DNA of 64,000 bases from Asterias rubens (taxonomy: Eukaryota), in assembly GCF_902459465.1 (NCBI RefSeq), contig NC_047074.1, positions 1,550,001-1,614,000 of the forward strand, written 5' to 3'. Shown here in pieces: positions 12,901-25,973 of the stretch. The position numbers were made by a program, and so were the translations under genes. The notes under the pieces were generated by a model. The model was not told where the DNA came from and made no database searches. It saw only the letters and a program-made list of their open reading frames with translations. Positions within the stretch are counted from its first letter, which is position 1; every line of letters begins with the position of its first letter.

Positions 12901-13335
12901 TGTATTGTTTTTGTTATTGCATTTTATTAAAAAATGATAGGGATAGTAAAATACTATTATTATTTATAGTGTAGTATCAGTACTTTTTGATTGAGTTGAG
13001 TGTGATGTGTGGTGCACTGCTGTCTCAGTGTCTGTACTGCTGTGCCATGCAGTGTGGTGTTCTTTGTGGATCTGGCTGGTGGAATGTTGGGGAAAGGACC
13101 TTTCTTTTGTTTTTTTTGTTTTTTAAATTGGGCAAATTAAATAATAAAATCGTAAACTGTGTCACACTAATTGAACTATCATGATTTCTAGGTACATTAA
13201 TTAAATATAACAGTTTTATAACCTTCTACACAAACTGTGTAAGTTTAACACGAAAGTCTCACCCGTTATGGCCGAAAATTGTTTTGCCAGCCCTTCCATC
13301 GCTGATGAACTTTTCGACTTCCCGCGAGACGCCAT
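6955..13335 (-). CDS. UBXN7: UBX domain-containing protein 7 (UBA, UAS, UIM, UBX), 557 aa, 12 exons: 13335-13263, 12334-12151, 11855-11791, 11173-11102, 10759-10638, 9829-9683, 9456-9366, 9009-8956, 8512-8436, 8223-7680, 7554-7469, 7113-6955
   Basis: Motifs VRAPIPQKREIL, TLEDLFRPPVDLMHKGTF, WLIVNVQDVQEFNCQKLNRDVWS, UIM SEDSQLEAAIAASL, and UBX LMLRFPDG...FEMVTNFPRRKL...LKEAGLSPQETIFIQER*. Exon lengths sum to 1674 nt in frame. Confidence 0.95.
10052..10392. mobile_element. Harbinger-type MITE, TTA target duplication
   Basis: TTA-GGCCAAGTAAAA...AAACATGTTTCACGTCC / GGACGTGAAACATGTTT...TTTTACTCGGCC-TTA. Confidence 0.7.
11442..11774 (+). mobile_element. Same hammerhead-headed element, core mutated (GAAACGTT to AAAACATT)
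   Basis: gtctc-CTGACGA-t-GACTAG-agcaag-CTAGTC-aAAAcatT-gagac, followed by the shared body ending gcctcaaatcctata. Confidence 0.7.
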
Positions 13336-13582
13336 CTTGGATTGTGTCACAATTTGTGAGTAGATCGCGATTTAATTCCTCCTTTCAGCCTAAAGAGGGC
13401 GCTATACAAGCAGACCGCTATAAAAAAAAAACTGGAACCACCAAACGGATGATCGTCGATTCGTGAAACTTCTTTTGTTTTTTCGTCAAAATCGTCTGCT
13501 TGTATCGCTGAAACTGTAGAATAATCGGTTCTGTAACTTCGTTGGTTTATTGTTTGTTGACAGAAGGTGCCTCCCATTAAAT
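13336..13582. promoter_or_regulatory. Compact bidirectional promoter UBXN7/IWS1
   Basis: Divergent ATGs are 247 bp apart. A YY1-type AAGATGGCG overlaps the UBXN7 start; TCGCGA core near 13365; TATAAAA near 13418. Confidence 0.8.
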
Positions 13583-14322
13583 ATGGAGGAAACCTATGAT
13601 GACGAAAGTGGTAAGTAGCTGGTTCAATATTGTGGAATTTCACACTGCTGCCTGCATGTACTCCTTGCGAATTGCGTATCATACAAAAGTTCATTATTTG
13701 CTGTTGGCCGCTGATACTGAACAGAACAGAGCTCAGTCTCAGAGCGCGGCGCAGGGTATTGGTGGTTAAGCGCAAAAGCACAGGAAACCAAGTTGTATGT
13801 CCATCCTCCATGGTCAGAGCTAGTGTCAGGGCCATGAAGATTCAAATCGGTCTGAATTTTGTGATAATTCAAGTAACATATGATGATTATGATTGAACTA
13901 TGCAACTTTTATTTATTTTAATTTAAACTTAATTTAAAGCCATTGGACACTTTCTGAACAGAACAAAAATTAAAAGTTCACAGATTTACAAAATAACTTA
14001 CACTTACACTACAGGGTTTACAGAAGTTAATGGTGAAAGAGTTCCCTTTAAATATTATTCCATGAAATGCTTTACAATACATTAAAAACAACTATCAATT
14101 CTCGATATCGAGAATAATATTAATAACGGATTTATTTATAACACATGTCATGACATCATGACACGGCGAAATGTGCTTAAATTTTCACAGGTTTGTTATT
14201 TTAATTTATATATATTATAAGTTGTGATACAGGTAGTGTGGGCCTTTGGACGGAAATCCGTTGGACAATACTGTTTACCGATGTTGTGCGATTGCTTTGA
14301 TTGGCGCTATATAAATTCCCTC

Positions 14323-14354
<32 letters not shown>

Positions 14355-17300
14355 CATTTGTGTTTTGTGAGATACAAAAAGCACCCAAACACTTTAAATT
14401 CAAAGACAAATGAGCCACAAAATCTGAATAACTTGCTTAATTTGTCCATCATCAGGGAGTGAAGGTGGCAGCACACCTGTCATGGATGAACACAGTGACG
14501 CTGAGGAGCAGGGTGAGGCTGAGCAGGGTGAATATAACCAGCAGAGCGACGCTGAAGAAAATAGCGAAGTTGAAGCCAGCGACGCAGAAGTGAACGCTGG
14601 AGATTTAGAGGTGAGCATTTGTCGCAAGAAATGCCATGGTTTTGAAAGTCCGAGGAAACCTTGTGTAAACAAAGGTGCTTGCGATATGAACCAGAATCAC
14701 AGGGGTTAACCCTGTCTCTTTCATGATCAGGCCCGATACTCACGGAGACAATGAAGGTCAATGCCTTTGTGCCCTTGAAATGCTCCAGTAGAAATATACA
14801 ATTTCCTCTTAGGCCTAGGGTGCCCTTTTCCAAAGAGAAAATGCCTTGGTGCCCTTGCACTTTCAAAATGAAGCATACAGGCCTGCAAGATATTGTCCCA
14901 GGTTCTTTGACATGCTCTACTGATCATAGCTTAGGAGACCTACAGCTAATGTACCATCCAAAGGATAAAGTCATTTTGGTAAAGTGTCCTTTTCAAGAAG
15001 GACACAAATGCTACAACAGGGACTCAAACCCACTCTCTCTTATATGCACTGCTCCTACACACTGAACTCAATACTTCGTTAAACAAATTTGACTCCCAGT
15101 TCAAAAACCATCTTAAAACTCTTTAACTAGTTATGTTAAATATTTCTTCTATGGTTTTCACTTGTAATGTTGTAGCGCTTTGCAACCGCTAGAAAATGTG
15201 CTTTACTAAATGCTGTTATTATTATAATAATATCATAAGAAACACCGGGGCTTGAGTCAGGTGCTCTTAATCCTTTGTTGGGTTTACTTTAGACTGAATA
15301 TTGAGTTATGAACTGAATATGAAGTATTGTTTTTTTTGTTTCTTAGGAGGGTGAATACGTCTCTGAAGGAGAAGGGGGTCGATCAGACAACGAGGAGGTG
15401 GCTTCAGATGGTGAAGTGGAAAGTGAGGACGACGGAGGAGAGCAACAGGAGCAACGAGAGAGTGACCAGGAGGCAGTAGAGGCTGAAGAGGGGGAAGAAG
15501 GTTATCAGGAGGGTGGCGAAGAAGGAGAAGCGAGGGAGAGTGATGGAGAAGAGGTGGAGACGGGGAGGATAGAAGATGAGGAAGAGGAGGTTGGAGCAGA
15601 GGAGGGGGAGGCTGAAGATGGTGAGGTTGACTATCAAGATGCCTCGGATAACGAGGAAGAGGAGGAACAAGGTGAGGTTGAGGAGGATCAAGATGGGGTA
15701 GAAGAGGAGCAAGATGAAGGGGCGTATGAGGCTGGATCTGGTGATGAGCAGCGAGGCAGCGACCATGAGGACTGGGAGCAGGGGGAACAGAGTGAGGCAG
15801 AAGCGGAGACGAGAGAGGTTGGTGAGGAGGAGTATGAACCTCATGAGGACTACTCACCGGTAGGCTCACCGGGCGGGTCCCCGGATGGGTCACCGGGCGT
15901 GTCCCCGGGCAGGTCACCCGTTGGGTCACCGCGCGGGTCGGAGGACGGTGTTGTCGATGAAGACGTGGACATGGAGCATCAGGAATTCAACGATGAGGAT
16001 GATGCCGAGAGGGACCATGTGGAGAACAATGCCGAACCTCAAGAGTATGAGGAGGATGAGAGAGGTAGTCCCGAGGCACAGAATAAGGAATGGCAGGAGG
16101 GTTATCAAGAGGCAGCGACCTCACAAGAACATGAAGCTGATGCGCCTCATGGTGAGCAGGAGTACGAGGAAGAGGGAGAGCGGTATGAGGCACAGCAGGA
16201 TGAAGAGGAGGTAGACACAAGGAGGCAAACCACCTATGAAGACAATGATGACATGATGGGCCCGGAAAGTCCAGATCCTGAGCGACAGCAGACCTCAGAT
16301 GTTGATGGTAAGACAGTGGTTTACATTTTTGAATCCTCCTATAATCAAAAGCTTGAGATAATTTGCCGCCTCAAACCTTGGAGCAATTCGAGGAGACAGG
16401 CCTGGAATAACACAGAGGCCAGGGAGGCCATGGCTTCGGTTGCCCCTGGTCTTGGCCTTGGTACCTCTTCAACAGTTTCCCGTAGACATCTTATGGAAGT
16501 GACCTTGGTTAAATGAAAATGGCCTTGCCCTCTAAAAGATGAAAATGCAGGCTTCTCTAAGGAAACTGTAAACTTGTATCGCAGCCTTGCAAATGGCACC
16601 ACAGCAAAAGCACAGGGCACTACTGCAAATGCTGTGGGTGTTGTGGGTTAATTCGAAGCCTGAAACGATAAATTGCAAGATGTAAATAATTTCCTTTTCA
16701 GAGCCTTATGAGCCTTATGTTGAAGACGAAGACAATGTGCCCTTATATGATAACGAGGCCCCTGAGCAAGACGCAGCTGAAGCTGTAGATTTCGTAGAGG
16801 CCGAGGATGCTGCTGAGGGTGTGGTCGAAGTGGGTGTGGCCTACGAGGGTGTGGCTGACGGAGGTGATGAAGACGCAGAGATGGAGCAGCCCCACAGTCC
16901 AGCTGAAGCCCCCAACGATACCTTGGACAGCGGGGACGAGAGTAATGAAGAAGAGTAAGTTTGTTGGTTGACTTATCGGAGAGTGGTGTCGATTCTCGGT
17001 CATTACACCCGTGTCCTTCTGTAAGGTACTTGACCATGAATGCTTCTCTTAACCCAGGTGCCTAAATGGTACCTAAGAGGGCTGTACTCTGTTGGATTAA
17101 ACTCTTATTTGCACTAATTGAAGCAGCTTGGGGTTGTATGCTCCCAGGGAAGTAGAGAAAGTTTGAGGAATTGTCAATCTTTGCATTTTATTGTTGATTT
17201 TTGTTCTTTTCTTTAAGGGCTGGTGTTGGGGAGCTCATCGCGGACATCTTTGGTTCCAGCGATGAAGAAGATGATGAAGAATTTGAGGTACTTTCTCTTT

Positions 17301-20300
17301 GTCCGTTGTTTTTTTTGTTTTTTGTTTGTTTGTTAGTTCAGACGATCTTCCTGTCAAAGGAACTCTGCAAACTCCTACAAGGCGATATAGAGTCGCTCTT
17401 TCTCAAAGCATTGGTTTAACAATCTTTTTATCTGTTTCTTTCAGGGTTTCGGAGAGGCTGAGTTGGGACAGCCTGTTAAAAAGAAGCGAGCAGGTTCGTT
17501 AAGTATCATTTATTATCCCTCTTTGCTTCTTCCTCATTTTCTTTTTCATTTTCAAAATTCTTCCCAATTTCATAGAGCTGTGCTGACAATGTAAGCAATT
17601 TCATAAAGCCTGTAAGTACAAAAACCTGCTAAGCAAAGGAAAATCTTGCTTAGAAAAAAACAGTTTACCAGCTAAAATTCTATAAGGTTAACATTGTTGC
17701 CACTGGTGCCCTATTCATTTTTTGCTTAGCAAAGAAATTAGTCAATCTGAAAAATCAGTATTTTCTGCTAAACAGCTTTGTGAAACTGGGTTCTGGTTTT
17801 GTATACCCTTTGCAGCTGTTCTATCGAGTGATGATGATGATGACGATGATGGTGTGGAAGATACCATTGAGCAAGAGGGGGTTCCAGATGAGGAGGAGGA
17901 AGAGGAGGGGCAAGGAGAAGGAGAGGATGCTACTCCGGCTGATGACGCGGCGGCGCAGGACTCAGACTCTGACGAAGGGGTTGTTGATGGTGATGATGGG
18001 AAGTCAAAGGGGTGAGTGGAAGCAATTTTTTGGGGGGGGCGTTTTGTTTGCTTTTTAACGCAAGATTGATTGTTGACAATAATCAACAGTTTAAAAAAAA
18101 ATGAGTTGTGAAAAATTGTCTAGCCTGGGATGGAGTTTTGGGTGCCAGATTTTCATGAAGATGTACCATGTTTTCCTAACGGGAATTATAACTTTTTTCC
18201 AGGAGTTTTGTGTCGGACTTTGACCTTATGATGGAACGGAAGAAAGCAGAGAACCGAGCTCACAGAAAACGACGACGCGGCGGTGACATCATCAACGATA
18301 ACGATGACATCATCGTTGCAATGATCAAACAAATGATGGAGGCAGCCAAGGTAAAATCTCGGCCGAATGTCATGAAAATGCTGAAGCAGAAAGTCTGAAT
18401 TCTACCCTCCTCCCCAGGGCTCAATTTTATAGAGCTGCTAAGCACAACAAATTTGCTTAGCATGAAATTTTTGCCTTGATTAAAACAGGATTACCAACCA
18501 AATTTCCACGTGCTTTTCAGGATAAGCAAACAACAGCTGAATACCAGTAACAGGCAATGTGGTTGGTAATCGTGTTTTTATCAGGGAAGAAATTTCATGC
18601 TTAGCAAATTTTTGTGCTAAGCAGCTCTATGAAATTGGGCCCAGGTTAGGGTGAACTTATTTTAGAAACAAAAACTAAAAATTTTTTTTTTTGTCTTTTA
18701 CATCAACAGGAGGACAGACAGTTGAATCAGCGACGGAAAGCTGCCACGAAAAAACTAACCATGCTTCCATCCGTCAAATCACAGCTAAGAAAGTAAGTTG
18801 TTTACCCCTCACCCCTTGGGTGGGAATCGAGCCCACAACCTTTGCATCTAGACCAGTGTCTTACCAACTAGACCACCGAGATTTCCCGGTAGCTGGGGGC
18901 AGTTCGAAATCTTTAGCAGCGGGTACCGCAACGATTTAATAGATGGAAATTTGTATCGAGGATAACGAATATTGTATTTTTTGGTATTTTAATGCTGCGT
19001 TTGTTTTGTCCACAGGCAAGATTTACAGATTGCGTTTCTGGATTGCGGTGTACTGAAAGTAATGAAGGAGTGGTTGATGCCGCTGCCGGATCACAGTCTT
19101 CCAAATCTACACATCAGAGAGACACTACTCAAAATACTCAGGGAGGTAGGAGAAACAAAAAATTAGGCTTGAAGGCACCTTAAGTAACTGTCAAAGACCA
19201 GTATTCTCACTTGTATCCAAACTATGCATAAAATAACAAATCTGTGAAAATTTGGACTCAATCGGGCCTCGAAGTTGCACGAGAATGACAAAAGAAAAAA
19301 CACCCTTGTTGCACAACTTCATTGTGCTTTCAGATGACTAATAAAAGGCTTCAGGCCTGAAGTCTTAATATTTAAGTGAGAATTACCTTTCTCAAAAACT
19401 ACGTTACTTCAAAGGGAGCCGTTTCTCACAATGTTTTTATACTATCAACAGCTCTCGATTGCTCGTTACCAAGTAATTTTTTATGCTAGATATTGTTTTA
19501 AGTAATTACCAATACTGTCCAGTGCTTTCAAGCGTGGTTGGCTATTTCCTCATTTTTTTTCTTCTCAATTCCAAAGTAGCGTGTCTGTTCTATGTAACGA
19601 GTATCATATTTCTATCTTTAACAGTTCCCGCCGATTGATCAGCATATGTTAAAAACCAGCGGTATCGGCAAAGCCGTTATGTGCCTCTTCAGACATCCGA
19701 AGGAGCTTAGACATTGCCGAGATCTAGCTGGGAGATTAATAAGTAAGTAGGATTAACTACAGCCAGAGATTAGGGTTAGATTATCTACCCTCCCTTCCCC
19801 CTTGACTTAAGCCGTGTTCACATTGGACTTTTGTGGGAGGTAAACTAACCGATCTAAACTGAATATGTTTTTATTGAGTGTTTTTTTATGACTGGAAAAA
19901 CACTTTTAATGTTTTCATGATGAAAAAAAAATATCAATCTAAGTTGGCCTTATTTAATCTAATCCAGCTTATTGTACTTGATTACACATCCAACTGCGTA
20001 ATTAATGCCAATAATAGGATGAACAGGAAACAAGAAGAAATGTTCAGTTTTATAAAATGTGGGAGAGCACAAACAATGGGGTAAACCCATGCAATCAGGT
20101 TGGGACTGAAAAACCAATCACCATGCAAGGCTCCGGTCTGAGGTGGGATTCGCACCAGGGTCCACAGAGGTGAAAGGCAGGTAAAGAAACCACTGAGCCA
20201 ACCTTATTCATATATCATGCATGTCTCAGAACAGCTGAATTCCTCTTTTTATATATCTTCATTCATGCCATTCAAACTTGAAAAAAAAACCTGTACATAA

Positions 20301-21678
20301 CCATTGGAACTTTGTAATTTCCTCCTTTTTGGTGAATTTACAGTTGCATGTCTGATTAGATTTTTTTAAAAGGACCATTTTGATTGGGCTGCTGCCCACC
20401 CTTGTTTATCTTTCGCCACAGATGATTGGTCAAGACCGGTTTTTGGAGTCGAGGCAAACTTTCATTCCATGACGAAGGAAGAAAGGCAAGAGCGAGATTT
20501 AGCGCAGCTCTCCGCAGTCAAGAAACGAAGATTAAGGTAGGAGGCGTTGTCATTTTTTTTTTTTTTTTTATTTCTTTCAATTCATTTGTTTGAACATTTC
20601 AGTTGTTAGGGCCCTTTAAATAATTTGGTTGTGGATGTAGGAGGAGGTTTGACTGTGTATTTTGCATTCAAAGCCATAATGCTTGATACTGGATTGTCAT
20701 GAAAGTAAATGTGGGAGGTTTTTTTTGAGGCATTTGAAATAACCATTGATCTTTCTTCTCTACAGTTCAACAGAAGGGACAACTGTCACGCCAAAAAGTA
20801 TAGATACAGCACTTACGGGAGAAGAAAGGTGATTATAAAATAAGTTGTGTCTCAGTTTACATGTGTCTTTATCAAAACGTTTTTTTTAGTTGTGTGCGCT
20901 CTATAATATATTCCTTTTAATATTATTAAGGGTATACATGTAACTTGTTTGTATGTTTGTTTTACCAGAGCCTTGAGACCTGGTGATAAGGGTTGGGTAG
21001 GCAGAGCTAGGGTACCTCTGCCCTCGACCAAGGATTACGTCGTCCGACCAAAGTGGAACGTAGAGAGAGAATTCTCAAAGGTAAGAACCAGTGGTCCCAT
21101 CTTTATGAGTGTCACCAAAGTTTTGTATTTTCTCAGCGTGTATTCCTAATCTTTAATTTAAACACAAATTAGAGGATAATCTTGGTTTTACCCATATGTT
21201 TTTAGCACTGTATACTCGGTACTTTCCCGAGCTCTGTGACGAGCTTTGTGAAACAAATCACAGGCATATTACTCGGGTGGGTTTTGAAAACCTTTTGCAA
21301 TTCTAGATAAGTGTCTTGCCAACTAGTCCACCGTGTCTTGCCAACTAGTCCACCGTGATTGCCCGGTAGCTAGAGGCAGTTCGAATCCTTTTTTTAGCTG
21401 CGGGTTCCGCACTGATTTATCAGATGGAAATTTGCATCTATGTGTTAGCACTATATACTCAGTACTTTCCCGAGTTCTGTGAAAAAAATCACAGGCATAT
21501 ATTACTTGGGTAAACACAAATTTGTTGGCCTTTTTTTTTTAAACCACAGAGCGGGAAAAAGGAGCCTACCAAACTGGACAAACATCTGAAACGGTTTAAA
21601 GACGCCAAGGCACGGAGTAAGAACAAGAATCCTCGAGCAATCTCCATCAGCATTGAGGGAAGAAAAGTTGCTCTTTAA
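13583..21678 (+). CDS. IWS1: IWS1/Spn1 transcription elongation factor, 869 aa, 15 exons: 13583-13610, 14456-14610, 15347-16307, 16702-16954, 17218-17287, 17445-17493, 17816-18011, 18203-18350, 18710-18792, 19016-19145, 19625-19742, 20422-20536, 20766-20828, 20969-21080, 21550-21678
   Basis: Long acidic N-terminus, [17 protein letters not shown] motif, [79 protein letters not shown]. Exons total 2610 nt in frame. Confidence 0.95.
14755..14885 (+). repeat. Dispersed repeat (tgcccttgaaatgctccagtagaa...catacaggcctg); copies ~3505-3640 (+), 16490-16620 (-), 24600-24745 (-)
   Basis: Recurrent near-identical blocks seen directly. Confidence 0.65.
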
Positions 21679-21842
21679 AAATCTTCCGTTCAGAGTAGAT
21701 TATTTACTTCTTGGGCAGGCTCCCTGTCTGCTGTGAAATGGTTATAGTACTAACGGAGGAAATCTTCCGTTCAGAGTAGATTATTTACTTCTTGGGCAGG
21801 CTCCCTGTGTGCTGTGAAATGGTTATAGTACTAACGGAGGAA
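21679..21842. repeat. 81-bp near-perfect tandem duplication directly after the IWS1 stop
   Basis: Two units with one internal mismatch (ctgtct vs ctgtgt). Confidence 0.9.
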
Positions 21843-23063
21843 AGGGGCCAGGCTATTCAATATTTCATGCTCTACAGCAGTGGACCTTTTCTTTTGCGAC
21901 AACGTCACATCCCAGGTGTTCACCAGCTGAGGTTTGAAAACTACGGAAAGCCATAAATGCAAAACAAAAACAGATAGCCACAGTTATTGTCCCACAACTA
22001 TTCAAATAGTGTTGAATTTGTTGAAAACAAAGCAACCAATGATGGGAGGTGTTTTATGTTATTGGAAGTTTGCGGAGTGCAGACAATAATTTTGAATTTG
22101 GTCAGAACATCTGATCACGAGGATGATTGTTTTGCTAACAAAGTTTTGTTATTTGCTAAGCTGAATTTGGTTGGGAACCAGCCAAGAGTAATGAACATTG
22201 CATATTTTTGGGGCAAATGACTTATTTCAGCTAGGCAGGGCTTGAACAGCCTCACAAATTTGACTGAGTACTACTGTTAGAATTCTTGAATTGTGTTTGT
22301 CAATTTATTCCACATTTTGAATTTATTATTTTTTATTTTAGATTTCAGTCGCCATATTTTTGTTTTATTTTCTTTAGGAGAACACTGAAGTTTTAATTAA
22401 TTTGAACCAAATTCATATTGATTTTTATCCCATTAAAGACGCTGGACACTATTGGTAATTGTCAAAGACCAGTCTTCTCACTTGGTGTGTCTCAACATAT
22501 GCATAAAATAATAAACCTGTGAAAATTTGATCTCAAACGGTCGTCGAAGTTGCGAGATAACTATGAAAGAAAAAACACCCTTGTCACACGTAGTTGTGTG
22601 CTTTCAGATGCTTGATTTCGAGACCTCAAATTCTAAACTTGAGGTCTCGAAATCAAACTCGTGGAAAATTACTTTTTTCTCGAAAACTACACACTTCAGA
22701 GGGAGCCCTTTTTCAGAATGTTTTTTACTACCAACCTCTCCCCATTACTCATTACCAGATGAGGTTTTATGCTAATAATTATTTTGAGTAATTGCCAATA
22801 GTGTCCACTGCCTTTTCGATGAAAAAGAAAAGTTATTTTAAATTTTCAGGAATGGTACTTTTGATGTTATTATTTGTATAGGACAGAGAGCTGTATGTAA
22901 AACATATTCTTTTGAAATAGCTCAGTAAAACAATTTGAAGTAAGGGATTAAAAGAGTTGTTAGGTATGGCACTTAGGTTAGGTATAGATCGTATCCGACT
23001 TAACCTCTACAGCTACGGCTAATTGCTAGGGACCACCTATACGCCTCTCTTAATATTTATGCA

Positions 23064-23259
23064 TAAAGCCCAGTTCATACTTCCTGCGAATGTGAATGTG
23101 TAGCGAATGTTGACGTCACACAATTTGCAACGAATTTCGCAGCAGTTCAGCTCCCCGCAATTCACTTGCGAATATCGCTGCGAAAGGACAGTTGTGACGT
23201 CAAATTCACGTCAAATTCGCTTCGTATTCACATTCGCAGGAAGTATGAACCGGGCTTAA
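23064..23259. mobile_element. Near-palindromic Harbinger-type MITE (TAA target); second copy 38142-38337
   Basis: TAA-AGCCC(A/G)GTTCATACTTCCTGCGAAT...ATTCGCAGGAAGTATGAACCGGGCT-TAA. Confidence 0.8.
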
Positions 23260-25973
23260 GTCATCATAATTCTCGCGGACATGCGCCTATAGCCTCATTT
23301 TGGGTAAGAATTATGACGTCATGCATGAATATAAGAGAGCGTATGCATGATGTAGAAATCTAGCTGTCATGGCTCAAGACTAGCAGAGTCATGACTGTGC
23401 GAATTTCGGAAGATAGCAAGGGAAAATCCAACTTCTATTCAAAAATCATGTTAAATAATGATTAATTTTTGTGAAAGTGAAATGACTCTGTGTCATGGAT
23501 ATTTTGAATATTACTTTTCAACGATAATGGGGTCTCGATAAAGCCATTTTGATCAACATTTTCCTACATTTCCGGCAGACATTTTGTGCTCAATTTTAAA
23601 CAGAATTTGTTCTATACATGCTTCTCAAGTAAGAAAATTACTCTTGTACATTGTAAATAAAGTCACTTGAAACGTCATGGTGTTGTGTAAATAAATGTTC
23701 CAACTCATTGGAGTTTTTCTTAACAATTTTGAGATTTCGTCATTTTTTTAAACCAACAAATTTGGGGTGATAACTAACAAATCTCACCCCAAATCTGTTA
23801 AGGGTAAGTGATTATCTGGCAATGAAACCAATAGTGCCTCATAGTAAACTTAATCACTGTAGCTCGCAAGCCTGGGGAAACCTGGGGCTTGCCATAAGTC
23901 CCTACTCTTCCATGATAAGTGTTCTGGGTTCTTCTACGTTCACAACCAATCCCAATGCGAGACAACAGCCAGTAACTATTATTCATTATATCTATACTTT
24001 ATTTTCATCTGTATATTATGCACCATTAAACAATAAACAAATCTTCAAAGGACTATGAAGAATTCTTAAATACCCGAAAGTCTTGTTGCTATTCCTAAAA
24101 ATGTATGTACAAAATAGTAAGTCTGAGTGAGAAACTAATACATGTAGGCCTAGTGTATGGTACGTACAATTGGAGGTGATTATTGTTCTTCCTTCAGCAA
24201 CAAAGGAGTCGTCAAACCCAAGCCTTATTTGCCCAATTTGGCTAATGTGAAAAGACAAAATGTTATGTATTTCACACTGTTAAAACTTGTACGTTTGTAC
24301 GTTGCCACAAGCTATTAGCTAACAACGATTTCATCAAAATGGCTCCCACTCTTCATCATGTTAATCCAGCATCTGAAAGCTTTGAAAAGGGGTTATCTAC
24401 AAATTTCATCTCATACAAAAGTAATCAACACCGAAATAAGTTTTCACAAGCAAACAAACAATAAAATAATACTGGATTTAAAAGACAAGGAAAACATAAA
24501 ATACAATAATTTTTCAGAAAGCACAAAACTCCATGTGTTTAAAAAAGTTGAAAGATGAAAAGTTGGACCTCAAAACCAAGGTGAGTCTTTGTTCATTTAT
24601 ACAGGCCTTTAGCTTTGTTTTTGAAAGGGAAAGGACACCAAGGCATTTTCTCCTTGGTAAAGGGCACCCTGTGAGGAAATTGTGTTTCTGTTGAAGCATT
24701 TCAAGGGCACCAAGGCAATGACAAGGGGGCTTGGAGGCAATCGCATTTGTTGCTATTTGCTCTGTGAAGTTTTAGGCGTGGAAGTAAAACTAAGGTCATT
24801 GCAGTTAACAAGCCATTGGAAATCGGCCAATAGTAATTTTGTTAGGGTTTACCGTCTGCAGCTTGTAAAGACATACAACTTTTAAATCTGTGAAACCGAG
24901 TTTGTGATGGGATGTATTAAAAAGTACAAATCCAATGAATTCATAAAAAAGTCTACACAAAAAAGTGATGTTGAATCTAAAACATGTAAACTGTGGCTCC
25001 ATACCATACATTACTTGATGACACCATAATATAATACAAATGTACAAAACAACATTTCTTAAAATACCCATGATCAAGCACTGGTTATTTTTCAAAGAAA
25101 AGTTTTGGGAAAAACAAATTATAGAAACATTTCTAAACTGAGCTGTGGGTTTCGTTAGCTACAATTGATTCTTGCAAAGGGAAATATCCTATTTAAAAAA
25201 ACATATAAAGGGAATTCTGACATTGATTTGGGAATGGTTTTTTTTCAAAGAAGGTAAAAAACACGGGTACAAACTCATAATTTAAAAATTGACATCTTAG
25301 TTTTAAAGTTAAAGTCAATAAAATTATCTCACTATTTCACATTACATGTACATATATATTTAAAAAAAAACTGGAATGCTGTGTTTTAAAAATGGTGGAT
25401 AAAATGAGTTCTGTAATACAAAAAGGGAGTTTGCATCCATAATTTTGTAAAAAATGCAATCATATTTGTTTACACAAAGAGCTGATTTGTATAAAAAAAA
25501 CACACAGTCTGTGTAGACAAAATATGAAAAAATTAACGCAATATGATCCGACGGTATAAAAATGTAATTCCCATTTGTAAACAATAACCATTCTCAGTTG
25601 GGAACACTGGCCAATCCCAAATGGGAACACTGAACATGTCACTTTCCTTTTGAAACAATACACAGGCCATTCCTATTTTGGAACACCATTCCTGTTTGGG
25701 AACACCAACCATTCCCAGTTGGTGTTACATAAAGTCATTTTGCAGTTGGAATGCAAGTATTTGATTTTTCTGATGCAATTCCAATTCCCGAATACAATCG
25801 TCAATTCCTTTTTACAACGAGCCCAACACAAGAGTCATTCCTTTCAAAATCTTAGGATTCCTTTCGTTAAACCAACCCCATCCATACCCCAGCCCAGTGG
25901 GGTCGTATGGACTACAGGGGCCATCCGGGCTTCATATTATTATTATTGCTTTTTACACAGTTGAGATTTCTTA

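Noticed and set aside
13347-13905. ORFs spanning the UBXN7/IWS1 promoter and first intron
   Set aside because: No homology or coding signature; they overlap the promoter and IWS1 exon 1.
15306-16220. Several long minus-strand and off-frame ORFs (Pro/His/Leu-rich)
   Set aside because: They are shadows of the GA-rich acidic IWS1 exon.
25300-25970. Possible cytoplasmic polyadenylation elements and ATTCCC/GGGAAC repeats in the cyclin B3 3' region
   Set aside because: The motifs are too short for an AT-rich background and the transcript end cannot be located from sequence alone.
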